Shown here one piece after another: positions 10,121 to 21,161 of a stretch of DNA of 64,000 nt. The DNA comes from an uncultured Gemmatimonadales bacterium. Lineage in GTDB: Bacteria; Gemmatimonadota; Gemmatimonadetes; Longimicrobiales; RSA9. Position 1 is the first letter of the stretch. Each line of letters opens with the position of its first letter. The stretch is from assembly GCA_963741945.1 (NCBI GenBank), contig CAVUKA010000005.1:576001-640000 (forward strand). The letters run 5' to 3'. Both the position numbers and the translations under genes were made by a program. A model generated the notes under the pieces. That model did not search any database, was not told the origin of the DNA, and saw only the letters and a program-made list of their open reading frames with translations.

Positions 10121-11812
10121 ATGGTGCTGCCCCTGATCATCGCGGTCGTGTTGATTGCGGCCCTCGTGGCGGCCCTCGTCCTTTTCCTCGGCGGGGGCGA
10201 CCGCCGGCGCGGGCGGCTCCGTCTCGTCCGCCGGATCCGCTCGCTTCGCCGGCGGCGCCTGTGGTCGCTGCTCCGGCGTCTGGGCCGGGGGCTGGGCATG
10301 GCGTCGCAGCGGCCGGGGCGGCGTTCGGTGGCCACGCAGCTGCGGCGGGTGGCGCAGCGGCTGGAGGGCGCGCACCGGGCGGGGCGGGATTTCGAGAGCG
10401 CGCAGCGCGAGCTCGCGCAGGGGGTGGAGCGGGTGCGGCGGGTGGTGGAGGCGCGGTCGCTGCGCTCCGAGAGCGCCCGCCGTCCGGGCACCCCGTCCGG
10501 GGTGACCACGGCCGGGCTGGTCCTGGGGCTGCTCATCGGCATGGCGGCGCTGGCGCTGGCCGCGGGGAACGCGTGGCTCCTGGTCCGGTGGGTGACCCCG
10601 GTGGTGGGGCGGGTGGCATGGTTCCCGTTCACGGTTCCCGCGGGTCCGGTTCCCGGCGCGGGGCTCGCCGCGCTGCCGCTCTTCCTCGGGCTCGGCTACT
10701 ACGCGCTCCTTTCGATGCGCCAGATCGGCGGCCGCGTCCTGCTGGTCCTGGCGGCGCTCGTGATCCTGGGGCTCGGCGTCCTGGAGGGTGGCGCGGCGGT
10801 GGCCGCGCTGAACGCGCACGGCCTGGTGGCGTTCGACTGGTGGGGCGCCATGGCGGTGGCGGCGCTGCTGGGCGTGGCGGCGGGGCTGGTCCCGCCGGTG
10901 ACGGCGGTGACGGCGCACGCGGCGGTGGACCGGCTCCATGGCTGGTACCTGGGGCGGGAGCGGCGGGCGTCGGCGCGGGTGGCCACGGCGCAGTACCGGG
11001 CCGCGAACGACCTTCCGGGCGTGCTGGAGCGGATGGAGCGTTCGCTGGGGGTGGTGCAGGCGGAGCTTTCCGCGCTGGCCATGGCGGGGGCCGGGCGGCT
11101 GCTGCTGCACCCGGGCGAGGAGGCATCGGTGGAGCGGGCGGTGCGGGTGCTCCGCCGGCTGGCGGCGGAAGTGGAGGAGGACTACGACGCCCCCGGCGAG
11201 CCCCGCGCCGGGGCGGAGACGCCGGCGTACCTGCTGCGGGACCTGGCGGCGCTGGGCGCGTGGGGGCTGGCCACGAGCGCCGCGCTGCTCCTTTCCCTGA
11301 CGGCCGTCGCCACGGGGATCCCGGCCGGCGTCCCCACCTCCCTGATCGCGCTGCTCATCACCCTGGTCGGCCTGCTCGGGATGGGTGGGCTCATCATGCG
11401 CTGGGTGGTCTCCCGCACGCTGGGCGCGGAAGAGCCCGTGGTACGGGCGGCCACCGTGCTGGTCTGGGCTTTTGCCGCCGCGTGCGCCGGCGCCGCGCTG
11501 GGTCCGCTGACCGCCACGGGGCCGTACTTCCGCGGCAGCGCGCTCACTGCGGGCGCGACGCTCACGCTCTTCATCCTGGTGGCCGGGACCGCGTCCATCC
11601 GGCTCCCGGAGTCCGTGACGGCCGCGGCCACGGTGGTGTACCTGATCGTGGCCGGCGTACTCTGGCTGCTGCTGCGGCTTTTCGACCTGGCGCTGGCCGC
11701 CCTGGACGCGGTCCTGGTCGGTTTCCGGCGACGCCCGTCCCGCCGCCGCGCGCGGCCGGAGCGCCCCCGCACGCCCGTGAGCGCCCTTGGCTCCGGGCAC
11801 GGGCCGAGCTAG
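10121..11812 (+). CDS. Hypothetical polytopic membrane protein with helical cytoplasmic segments
   Basis: GGAG before ATG 10121; about 12 hydrophobic segments; no recognised motif. Confidence 0.7.
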   Translation: MVLPLIIAVVLIAALVAALVLFLGGGDRRRGRLRLVRRIRSLRRRRLWSLLRRLGRGLGMASQRPGRRSVATQLRRVAQRLEGAHRAGRDFESAQRELAQGVERVRRVVEARSLRSESARRPGTPSGVTTAGLVLGLLIGMAALALAAGNAWLLVRWVTPVVGRVAWFPFTVPAGPVPGAGLAALPLFLGLGYYALLSMRQIGGRVLLVLAALVILGLGVLEGGAAVAALNAHGLVAFDWWGAMAVAALLGVAAGLVPPVTAVTAHAAVDRLHGWYLGRERRASARVATAQYRAANDLPGVLERMERSLGVVQAELSALAMAGAGRLLLHPGEEASVERAVRVLRRLAAEVEEDYDAPGEPRAGAETPAYLLRDLAALGAWGLATSAALLLSLTAVATGIPAGVPTSLIALLITLVGLLGMGGLIMRWVVSRTLGAEEPVVRAATVLVWAFAAACAGAALGPLTATGPYFRGSALTAGATLTLFILVAGTASIRLPESVTAAATVVYLIVAGVLWLLLRLFDLALAALDAVLVGFRRRPSRRRARPERPRTPVSALGSGHGPS

Positions 11813-11822
11813 CTTCTCGCGC

Positions 11823-12164
11823 ATGAGCACACCCGAGAAGGAGCGGCTGGAGCCCGGCCTCGATTTCACCCGGATCCTGGAAGTGGTGCGCTCGCCGCAG
11901 GCGAGGCCGCTGCTGCGGGAGGCCGCGTGGGCGGCCGGGATCTGTGTGGCGCTGATCGTGGTATCGGCGGTGCTCCTGCCCCGGATCGCCTACACCGTCT
12001 ACCTGACCGTGGGCGTCTTCTTCGCCGCGACGCTCACGGGCGTGTTCGTCTCGCTGGTCGAGAACGAGACGGGCGACCGTCTGCTTCGCTCTCCCCTGCT
12101 CCGCCGCTGGCTCGCCGGCTTCGCCCTGGTCGTTTCCTTCCTCGCCGCCATCATCCTGGTTTGA
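11823..12164 (+). CDS. Small 3-TM hypothetical membrane protein
   Basis: MSTPEKERLE...; stop overlaps the next TTG start. Confidence 0.7.
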   Translation: MSTPEKERLEPGLDFTRILEVVRSPQARPLLREAAWAAGICVALIVVSAVLLPRIAYTVYLTVGVFFAATLTGVFVSLVENETGDRLLRSPLLRRWLAGFALVVSFLAAIILV

Positions 12165-13129
12165 CCGCACCCCGCACCGACAGTCCCGCCCTCCTGCTCG
12201 AGGACGTCTCCAAGCACTTCTCCGGACACACGGCCGTGGACGGGCTCAGCCTGGCCATCCGCACCGGCTCCATCCACGGCCTCCTGGGCCCGAACGGCGC
12301 CGGCAAGTCCACCACGCTGCGGATGATCATGAACATCCTGCTGCGCGACGGCGGCCGGATCGAGGTGCTGGGGCGTGACCCCGAGCGGGACCGTGACGTT
12401 CTGCGGCAGGTGGGCTACCTGCCGGAGGAGCGGGGTCTGTACCGGCGGATGAGAGTGCTGGACGTCATCGTCTTCTTCGCCCGTCTGAAGGGGCTGAGCC
12501 GCGGCGAGGCGGCGGCGCGGGGGCGTGAATGGCTGGAGCGGCTCGGGCTCGACGAGTGGGCGGAGGAGCGCGTGGAGGCGCTGTCGAAGGGGATGCAGCA
12601 GAAAGTGCAGTTCATCACCACCGTGCTGCACGAGCCGCCGCTGCTGATCCTGGACGAGCCGCAGTCCGGACTCGACCCGGTCAACCAGGAAGTGCTGGCC
12701 GACACCATCCGCTCCGCCCGAGACGCCGGACGGACGGTGGTGCTGAGCACGCACAACATGGCGCAGGCGGAGGAGCTGTGTGAGGAGGTCACGCTCATCG
12801 CCGGCGGCCGCAAGGTGCTGGAGGGCACCGTGCCCGAGCTCCGGCGTCAGCACCGCACCCCCCGCTTCCGCCTCGCGCTGGAGGACGGCGCCGGGGAGGG
12901 CATGGTGGCGGGGCTGGAGCCGGTGGCCACGGCCGAAGCCCGGGGTCGCACGTGGGAAGTGGAGCTCCGGCCGGGGCGCACCGGACGGGACCTCCTGGAA
13001 GCGGTGGTGGCCGCGCGCCTCCCCCTCGAGCGCTTCGAGCACGTCGAGCCGTCGCTCCACGAGATCTTCCTGGCCACCGTGGGCGGGGACGCGCCCCGGG
13101 CCGCGAGGCGGGAGGCGGTGCATGGCTGA
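12161..13129 (+). CDS. ABC transporter ATP-binding protein (NatA/YhaQ-like)
   Basis: GPNGAGKS, LSKGM signature, LILDEP, STH; C-terminal EPSLHEIF. Confidence 0.93.
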   Translation: MTAPRTDSPALLLEDVSKHFSGHTAVDGLSLAIRTGSIHGLLGPNGAGKSTTLRMIMNILLRDGGRIEVLGRDPERDRDVLRQVGYLPEERGLYRRMRVLDVIVFFARLKGLSRGEAAARGREWLERLGLDEWAEERVEALSKGMQQKVQFITTVLHEPPLLILDEPQSGLDPVNQEVLADTIRSARDAGRTVVLSTHNMAQAEELCEEVTLIAGGRKVLEGTVPELRRQHRTPRFRLALEDGAGEGMVAGLEPVATAEARGRTWEVELRPGRTGRDLLEAVVAARLPLERFEHVEPSLHEIFLATVGGDAPRAARREAVHG

Positions 13130-14435
13130 GCTGCTGATCATCATCGAGCGGGAGTTCCGCGAGCGGGTCCAGACGCGCAGCTTCGTGGTGGGCACGCTCG
13201 CGTTCCCGGTCTTCCTCATCGCCATCCTCCTCCTGCCCACGCTGGGCGGGAGCTCGAGCGGGGAGCGGCGGCTCGTGGTGGTCGATGGCGCGCCCGCCGG
13301 CGTGGCCGACGTTTTCGTCCAGGCCATGCAGTCGCCGCGCGCCGAGGCCGCCGGAGCCGCGGCCGGGGCGCCGGCCGGGGCGGGCGAGGCGGAGGCGCCG
13401 CCCGGCTACGACATCCAGCGCGTCCCGCTCGCCAGCGCCGACTTCGACCGGCTCAACCGGCGGATCACCGGCAAGGAGCTGGACGCCTACGTGGTGCTCG
13501 GCCCCGCCACCGTGGACAGCGGCCGGGTGGAGCTGCGGGCGAGAAACATCACGAACCGGCTCCTGCTGCGCGACGTGCGTGCCGCCGCCACCGCCGCGGT
13601 CCAGACGCGGCGGCTCGGCTCGGCCGGGCTCGACCCGTCGGTGGTGGGCCAGCTCATGCACCCGGTCACGGTGCGCACCGCGCGCATCACGGAAGCGGGG
13701 GAATCGGCGGGCAACGCCGAGAGCACGTTCTTCGTGGCCTACATCCTGGCGTTCATGGCCTACTTCGTCATCGCCATGTACGGGCACGCGGTCATGCGCA
13801 GCGTGATCCAGGAGAAGACCACGCGCATCTCGGAGATCCTGGTCTCGACGGTGCGCGCGGGTCGGCTCATGGGCGGGAAGATCGCGGGCGTGAGCGCCGC
13901 CGCCCTCCTCCAGCTGGCGGTCTGGGCGGCGATCATCATGCTCGTGACCAGCCAGTCCGACCTCCTGCGCGAACAGTTCGGCGTATCCGCATCCACCATG
14001 GACGCCGTGCGGCTCCCGGGCGGCATCGTGGCGGCGCTGCTCGCTTTCTTCGTGCTCGGGTTCCTGGTCTACGCGTCGCTGTTCGCCGGCCTCGGCGCGT
14101 CCATGAGCACGGAGCAGGAAGCGCAGCCCTACCAGATGATGCTCATGCTCCCGCTCTTCCTCCCCCTCCTCTTCCTCGGCGCCATCACCAACGAGCCGGA
14201 CGGCGCCATCGCCACCTTCCTCGGGCTCTTCCCCCTCACCGCCCCCGTGGCCATGCCCATGCGCCTCGCCGCCGCGCCCGCGAACTGGTCGCAGGTGGGC
14301 GTCGCCCTCGCCATCATGGTCCTCACCGCCGCCCTCATCGCCTGGGTCGCCGGCAAGATCTATCGCGCCGGGATCCTGGCCACCGGGAAGAAAGCCACGC
14401 TCCACGAGCTCGTGCGCTGGATCCGGGCCGCCTGA
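13122..14435 (+). CDS. ABC-2 permease (NatB/YhaP-like)
   Basis: IIEREFRERV, large extracytoplasmic loop, QEKTTRISEILVS, GKIAG. Confidence 0.9.
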   Translation: MAELLIIIEREFRERVQTRSFVVGTLAFPVFLIAILLLPTLGGSSSGERRLVVVDGAPAGVADVFVQAMQSPRAEAAGAAAGAPAGAGEAEAPPGYDIQRVPLASADFDRLNRRITGKELDAYVVLGPATVDSGRVELRARNITNRLLLRDVRAAATAAVQTRRLGSAGLDPSVVGQLMHPVTVRTARITEAGESAGNAESTFFVAYILAFMAYFVIAMYGHAVMRSVIQEKTTRISEILVSTVRAGRLMGGKIAGVSAAALLQLAVWAAIIMLVTSQSDLLREQFGVSASTMDAVRLPGGIVAALLAFFVLGFLVYASLFAGLGASMSTEQEAQPYQMMLMLPLFLPLLFLGAITNEPDGAIATFLGLFPLTAPVAMPMRLAAAPANWSQVGVALAIMVLTAALIAWVAGKIYRAGILATGKKATLHELVRWIRAA

Positions 14436-14523
14436 GCGCTCGCTGAACGGCCGTATTCCCCCCTCACGACGGTACGGTTCGTGCGCCTCATCGCGCACGA
14501 ACGAACGTCGGAGGGAGGGTAGC

Positions 14524-15603
14524 TTGGTCGTTTCGATCCTGGTCACCATTGGCGTGCTGGCGCTGCTCATCCTGGTCCACGAGCTGGGCCATTTCGCGGC
14601 CGCCCGCTGGCTGGACATCCGCGTGCCCCGCTTCTCCATCGGCCTCGGCCCGAAGCTTTTCGGATTCCGCCGCGGCGAGACCGAGTTCCGCCTTTCCGCG
14701 CTTCCGCTGGGCGGCTACGTGAAGATCGCGGGGCTCGAGGAGATGAGCGCGCTGGAGGGCGGCGACGAGGAACAGGCCGGGGCCGACCCGGAGCGGACGT
14801 TCGAAGCGAAATCCGCCGCCGGTCGCGCCCTCGTCCTCTCCGCCGGCGTGGCCATGAACGCGCTCCTCGCGGTCGTCCTGTTCGCCGCCGTGGCAGCCAT
14901 CTGGGGCGCTCCCGTCCCGCCGCCTCCCGTGGTGGGCCACGTGATCGAGAAGTGGGTGCCGGCCAGCGCGGCCGCGCTCCTGGACATCGAACCGGGGGCC
15001 CGCGTGACGCGGGTGGGAACGCGCAGCGTCTCGGACATGGACGACGTGGCCCGCGCGATCATGGCGGCGCGCGCCGGGCCGCTCACCCTCCGCTTCGCCG
15101 ACCGGCCGCCCATCACCATCCGCATTCCACGGAACGCGGCGGAGCGGCGCTTCCTCCCGCTGGCGCTGGAGCCGCCATCGAACGCCCCCGCGCGCGTGCG
15201 CAAGGGTCCCGCCGCCGCCCTGGGCTGGGGCGTCTCGCAGAGCTGGGACATCGTCACCCTCGTGGGCGACTTCGTCAGTGGGCTCTTCGATGGCCGGCAC
15301 TCCGCCCGGGAGCTGGGCGGCCCCATCCTCATCGGGCAGCTCAGCGGCGCCACGGCACGGGCCGGGCTCCCCGTCTTCCTCATGTTCGTCGCCATGCTCT
15401 CCATCAACCTGGCGATCATCAACCTCCTCCCCATCCCCGCGCTGGACGGCGGGCACCTGCTGTTCCTGCTCGTGGAAGTGGTCCGGGGTCGCCCCGCGCC
15501 GCGAAAGGTCCGGGTGGCGCTGGGCAGGGCTGGCGTGGCCATCGTCGCCATGCTGATGGTCTGGGCCGTCACCAGCGACGTGCTGCGCGTGCTCGGGCTG
15601 TGA
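14524..15603 (+). CDS. Site-2 intramembrane zinc metalloprotease with PDZ domain (M50, RseP-like)
   Basis: HELGH, FSIGLGP, PLGGYV, NLLPIPALDGGH. Confidence 0.93.
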   Translation: MVVSILVTIGVLALLILVHELGHFAAARWLDIRVPRFSIGLGPKLFGFRRGETEFRLSALPLGGYVKIAGLEEMSALEGGDEEQAGADPERTFEAKSAAGRALVLSAGVAMNALLAVVLFAAVAAIWGAPVPPPPVVGHVIEKWVPASAAALLDIEPGARVTRVGTRSVSDMDDVARAIMAARAGPLTLRFADRPPITIRIPRNAAERRFLPLALEPPSNAPARVRKGPAAALGWGVSQSWDIVTLVGDFVSGLFDGRHSARELGGPILIGQLSGATARAGLPVFLMFVAMLSINLAIINLLPIPALDGGHLLFLLVEVVRGRPAPRKVRVALGRAGVAIVAMLMVWAVTSDVLRVLGL

Positions 15604-15616
15604 GACGGCGAGACGC

Positions 15617-15799
15617 TCAGTAGCGGCGGCGGTTCGGGACGAACGCGAAGAGGAGCAGGATGGCGGCCACCGCCAGCAGCACGAGAACCGTCAGGTCGCC
15701 GCTCCGCGCCCAGTCGGCGATGTGACCGCCCACGCCCGCGAAGAAGACCACGACCGCGTGGACGCCCGTGCGTGCGACGGCCATGAACCGCTCGAGCAT
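15617..15799 (-). CDS. Small membrane protein (60 aa)
   Basis: MLERFMAV...LTVLVLLAVAAILLLFAFVPNRRRY; TM helix followed by a basic tail. Confidence 0.5.
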   Translation of the reverse strand: MLERFMAVARTGVHAVVVFFAGVGGHIADWARSGDLTVLVLLAVAAILLLFAFVPNRRRY

Positions 15800-16088
15800 C
15801 CTGTGACTCCGTGCCGGTGAACGGGGGAAGCGCCTGCCCTTTACTCCGTAACAGCGAACGCGCGCGCAGTCAATGATCCACGGCCTCGCGCCTCCCCCGC
15901 AAAAGTGTTCCATCCCGGCACAAACTAGCCGCTTCCCTCCCCTGACACGGACGTCGACACCCTCGTAACTCCTTGGCGCCGCGGTAGTTGATGAGGGTGT
16001 GACCATGGGGCACATCGATTGCCCCCTCTCGGGCCCGGCCGCAGGAGCGTGGGCGGCCGCCACCGACCCCGGACAACCGAGAAGCTCG

Positions 16089-17642
16089 ATGATGACGCAG
16101 GGTGCAGCGCTGATGGAGCAGATGGACCCGCCGCGGCCGGGGCGCATGGTCTCGACGGGGATCGGCGCGCTGGACACTCGCCTGGGGACGCTGGTGCCCG
16201 GGCGCCACTACGCGGTCACGGGCGAGCCCGGCTCGGGGAAGACCACGGTGGCGCTGCACTTCATCGCCGCGGGCCTGGAGGCGGGCGAGCAGTGCGCCAT
16301 CGTGACCCAGGAATCGGCCGGGGACCTGCTGGCGCACGCGGACCACATCGGGTGCGAGCTCCGCTCTGCGCTGCGCGACGGGCGGCTGGTGCTGGTGCGG
16401 ATCCGGCCGGACTTCCCGCGCCGGTACGGCCGGCTCCGGAAGCCGGCGGCGGTGCGGGAAGAGCTCGGGGAGCTGCTGGCGGAGCGGGGCATGCTCCCGG
16501 ACCGGCTGGTCATCGACTCGGCGGCCCCGTTCCTCGATGGCTCCCGGGGCTCCGGCGAGCTGGTGGACGTTCTGGGTGACTTCCTGGACGATGCCCGCGG
16601 CACCACGTACCTGACGGTCCCGGGCGAGCCCGGCGGTGGGCGGGGTCGGTTCCACGACCGCGTGATCACTTCCGCGGCCGGCGTGTTCCACGTGAGCCGC
16701 TCGGGCGGGGAGCGCCGGGAGCTGTCGATCCGGAAGCTGCGCCAGAAAGCCCACCGCGCGGACCCGTTCCTGTTCGACATCCGGCCGGGCGTGGGCATCG
16801 TGGACGGGATCCGCAGCTGGGAGCCCGAAGCGCAGCCCGACGAAGCGCGGCAGCGGGTGCTGGTGCTGGATGAGCACGGCGTCATCCCCGGCCACTTCCT
16901 GGCGGCCCTCGGGGAGAGCTTCACCCTCGATCGGTTCGGCAGCCTGGAAACGGGGTTCAGCGACATCGTGGGCGGCGGCTACGGCGCGCTCGTCCTCGGG
17001 CTGGACCCGTACCACCCCAACCTCACGCTGGACCTGGCATACTCCCTCAGGAACTCCGGAAACGGCGCGCCGATCCTGTTCATCGCGCCGCGGGAAGGGC
17101 TGCGAGACAGCACGCGCGTGCGCGCGCTCAGGGCCGGCGCGGACGACTTCCTCACCGACGAGGCATCGCCAGTGGAAGTCCTCGAGCGCGTGGACGCCGC
17201 CACGGGGCGCGGGCCGCGGCGCGGATCGCCGGCCATCTCGCAGTCGCCGGTGCAGCCCGTGGACGCACGGGGGCGGCCGCGGCTCATGACGCCCGGGGAG
17301 CTCTCGAACGCCATCGAACGCGTCACTTCGGATCCGAGCCCGCCAATGTTCGCGCTGCTGGCGATCCGGCCGCGGGGCGGCCCCGGCGAGGCGTGGACGA
17401 TCCTGCAGGACCGCGTTCGCCTGAAGGACGGTGACCTGGTCGCGCTGCTCGACGACCGGAGCATCGCCGTCGTCCTGGCCCACGTGGACGCCGACACGGC
17501 GCTGGACCTCGCGGTGCGCCTGCGCGCAGGGAATCCGGGCGAGTACGAGCTGCTCACCTTCCCGGCCGACCGGGACGCCATTCACCACCGCTTCGGCGGG
17601 GAGCCGTCCCCCCGACCGCTCGCGATTCACGGGAGCCATTGA
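16089..17642 (+). CDS. KaiC/RAD55-like ATPase fused to pseudo-receiver and degenerate GGDEF-like domains (paralog 1); start uncertain
   Basis: STGIGALD, GEPGSGKT, RLVIDS, SIRKLR; REC-like PILFI...RAGADDFL; C-terminal RLKDGDLVALLDDRSIAVVL. Confidence 0.8.
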   Translation: MMTQGAALMEQMDPPRPGRMVSTGIGALDTRLGTLVPGRHYAVTGEPGSGKTTVALHFIAAGLEAGEQCAIVTQESAGDLLAHADHIGCELRSALRDGRLVLVRIRPDFPRRYGRLRKPAAVREELGELLAERGMLPDRLVIDSAAPFLDGSRGSGELVDVLGDFLDDARGTTYLTVPGEPGGGRGRFHDRVITSAAGVFHVSRSGGERRELSIRKLRQKAHRADPFLFDIRPGVGIVDGIRSWEPEAQPDEARQRVLVLDEHGVIPGHFLAALGESFTLDRFGSLETGFSDIVGGGYGALVLGLDPYHPNLTLDLAYSLRNSGNGAPILFIAPREGLRDSTRVRALRAGADDFLTDEASPVEVLERVDAATGRGPRRGSPAISQSPVQPVDARGRPRLMTPGELSNAIERVTSDPSPPMFALLAIRPRGGPGEAWTILQDRVRLKDGDLVALLDDRSIAVVLAHVDADTALDLAVRLRAGNPGEYELLTFPADRDAIHHRFGGEPSPRPLAIHGSH

Positions 17643-17643
17643 C

Positions 17644-17964
17644 ATGACACCGGACCAGATCCTCGCGCTCGCCATCCTCGTCACCGTGCTCGCCATCGTC
17701 GCCATGATCGTGCTGGCGGCCGCCGGATACCTGGTCTTCCGGCTCCGGGCCGGCGCCGCCGATCGGGGCGCCGACAGCGATGCCGCAGAGGCCACACCGG
17801 GCAGGCCGTACTTCTTCGAGCGCATCGGGCTGCCGGAAGCGGATGGCCTGGCCGATTCCGTGCCCGGAGGCCGCGGGCGCACGGTAACGCCACCACGGGG
17901 AAAGGGATGGCCGGGTTGTCCCGTGATGGAACAAGACCCTTGTAACCCCGGGGACACCCGCTAG
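17644..17964 (+). CDS. Small single-pass membrane protein
   Basis: ATG 1 nt after the upstream stop; long N-terminal hydrophobic helix ending YLVFRLR. Confidence 0.6.
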   Translation: MTPDQILALAILVTVLAIVAMIVLAAAGYLVFRLRAGAADRGADSDAAEATPGRPYFFERIGLPEADGLADSVPGGRGRTVTPPRGKGWPGCPVMEQDPCNPGDTR

Positions 17965-18045
17965 ATTGGCACCCTGACCGGCGCGCCAGTCCGGCGCGCG
18001 GACCTCCCGCGGACCACAGCCCTTCGCAACCGGAACGAGACGCGC

Positions 18046-19781
18046 GTGTCGCTGCGAGCGAAAATCCTGCTCCTCTTCTTCGGCTTCGCCCTGCTGCCGG
18101 TGCTGCTGCTCGGCGCGGGCGACTACCTGCAGTCGGTGGACGCGCTGCGCGCGGTCATCGAGGCGCGCGGCGAAGCGCTGGCCACGCAGGCCGCCGGGGA
18201 GCTGGAGCGGGAGTACGCGGACGCCACGTCCAGCCTCCGCTCCGTGGCGGAGCGCGTGGCGCTCCAGCAGGCCCGCGGATCCGCGATCGCGCTCGACGGG
18301 CCGCCGCCCGCCCCGTTCTCCTCCATCATCCTCGAGCTGCCCGGCCGCAAGGCGCGCGTCCTCTTCGAGGGCGGCGGTTCGGTGGGCATCGACAGCGGCT
18401 GTCCGGCGGAGCCGCGGGAGCTGCGGATCGCGGTGGCGCTGCCGGGCGCCGCGGCCGGCGCCCGGCTGGAGGGTGTTGTCGCCATGTCCAGGCTCCTCGG
18501 CGGGGCGCCCTCGCTGGCCGCGCACGTGGGGCAGCTGGGATTCAGCCGCCTGGTCGAGCGCAGCTCGGGACGGCCGCTGTACACGTCCGACTGCGCGCGG
18601 GTGGAGGGGCTGCCGTGGCCGCCGTTCGTGCCGGGCGCCCTCGATCCGCTGGTGGAGCGGCGCACGGTGGCGTACCATCGGCCGGGCGAGGGGACGTGGC
18701 GCGCTTCCGCCGCGGTGGCGCCCGGTCCCGGCTGGCTCGTCACCGTGCATTCCAGCGACGAGGAGTTCGTCGGCCCCTTCCGCCAGAGCCGCATGTTCTA
18801 CATCGGGCTCGCGCTCCTGGTCCTGTCCGCCGCCGCGCTCTTCTTTTCCGTCCTGGCCCAGAACTCGTTCCGCTCCCTCGGCGCCCTGGCGGCCGCGGCC
18901 GATGCCGTCCGCCTCGGCAACCTGAACCCGTGGCTCCCGCCCCCGGGGGACGACGAGGTCGGCCGGCTCACGCTGGCCTTCCGCAAGATGATGGACCGGC
19001 TCGATGACTCGATCCGGCAGAGCGAGCTGAACCAGAAGATGGCGGCCGTGGGGGAGCTGGCCTCGTACCTGTCGCACGAGATCCGCAACCCGCTCAGCTC
19101 GATCCGCCTCTCGCTCCAGAGCCTCCGCCGCTCCCTCGACCGCGGCCGCCTCCCCGAAGACGCGCCCCGCATCCTCGAGATCGCGCTCAGCGAGGTGAAC
19201 CGCCTCGATGGCGTGGTGCGCACGGTCCTCGAGATGGGGCGCCCGGCCGGCCGCGGACGCGCGGGCGCCTGCTCGGTCCACGACAATCTTGGCGAAGCGC
19301 TCCAGGTGCTGGGGCCCAAGATGACCGCCCGCGGCGTCGACGTTCAGCTCGCCCGCGGCGCCGAGCCCGACCGCGTCTTCTGCGATCCCGAGTCGCTCCG
19401 GGGCGTCTGGATCAACCTGCTGGTGAACGCGCTGGACGCGCTCCAGGACCGGCCGGAGCCGCGCGTCCGCATCAGCACGTGGACCGATTCCGGGAACGGA
19501 GAGGTCGTGGTCCGGATGGCCGACAACGGCCCCGGCGTTCCCCCAGGCCTCGCCCGCTCCATCTTCGAGCCGTTCTTCACCACCAAGCCGCGCGGCAACG
19601 GCATCGGCCTCTCCATGGCCGTTCGCGTCCTGCAGCGCTTCGGCGGCGGCATCGCCTGCGAGCCCGTCGCCGCCGGCACGGGCGCGGCGTTCGTCATCCG
19701 CCTCCAGCTCGCCGCCTCCGATGCCCCGGCCGCCGAGGGCGCCACGACCGAAGAAACCCCTGTACTCGCGGGAGCCCGTTG

Positions 19782-19782
<1 letters not shown>
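18046..19782 (+). CDS. Sensor histidine kinase (2 TM, periplasmic domain, HAMP, HisKA, HATPase)
   Basis: DEVGRL HAMP, SHEIRNPL H-box, NLLVNA, DNGPG, FEPFFTTK, GNGIGL. Confidence 0.95.

Positions 19783-21157
<1,375 letters not shown>

Positions 21158-21161
<4 letters not shown>

Noticed and set aside
17965-17985. Sigma54 promoter TTGGCAC before the sensor kinase
   Set aside because: No GC at the required 10-nt spacing from the GG
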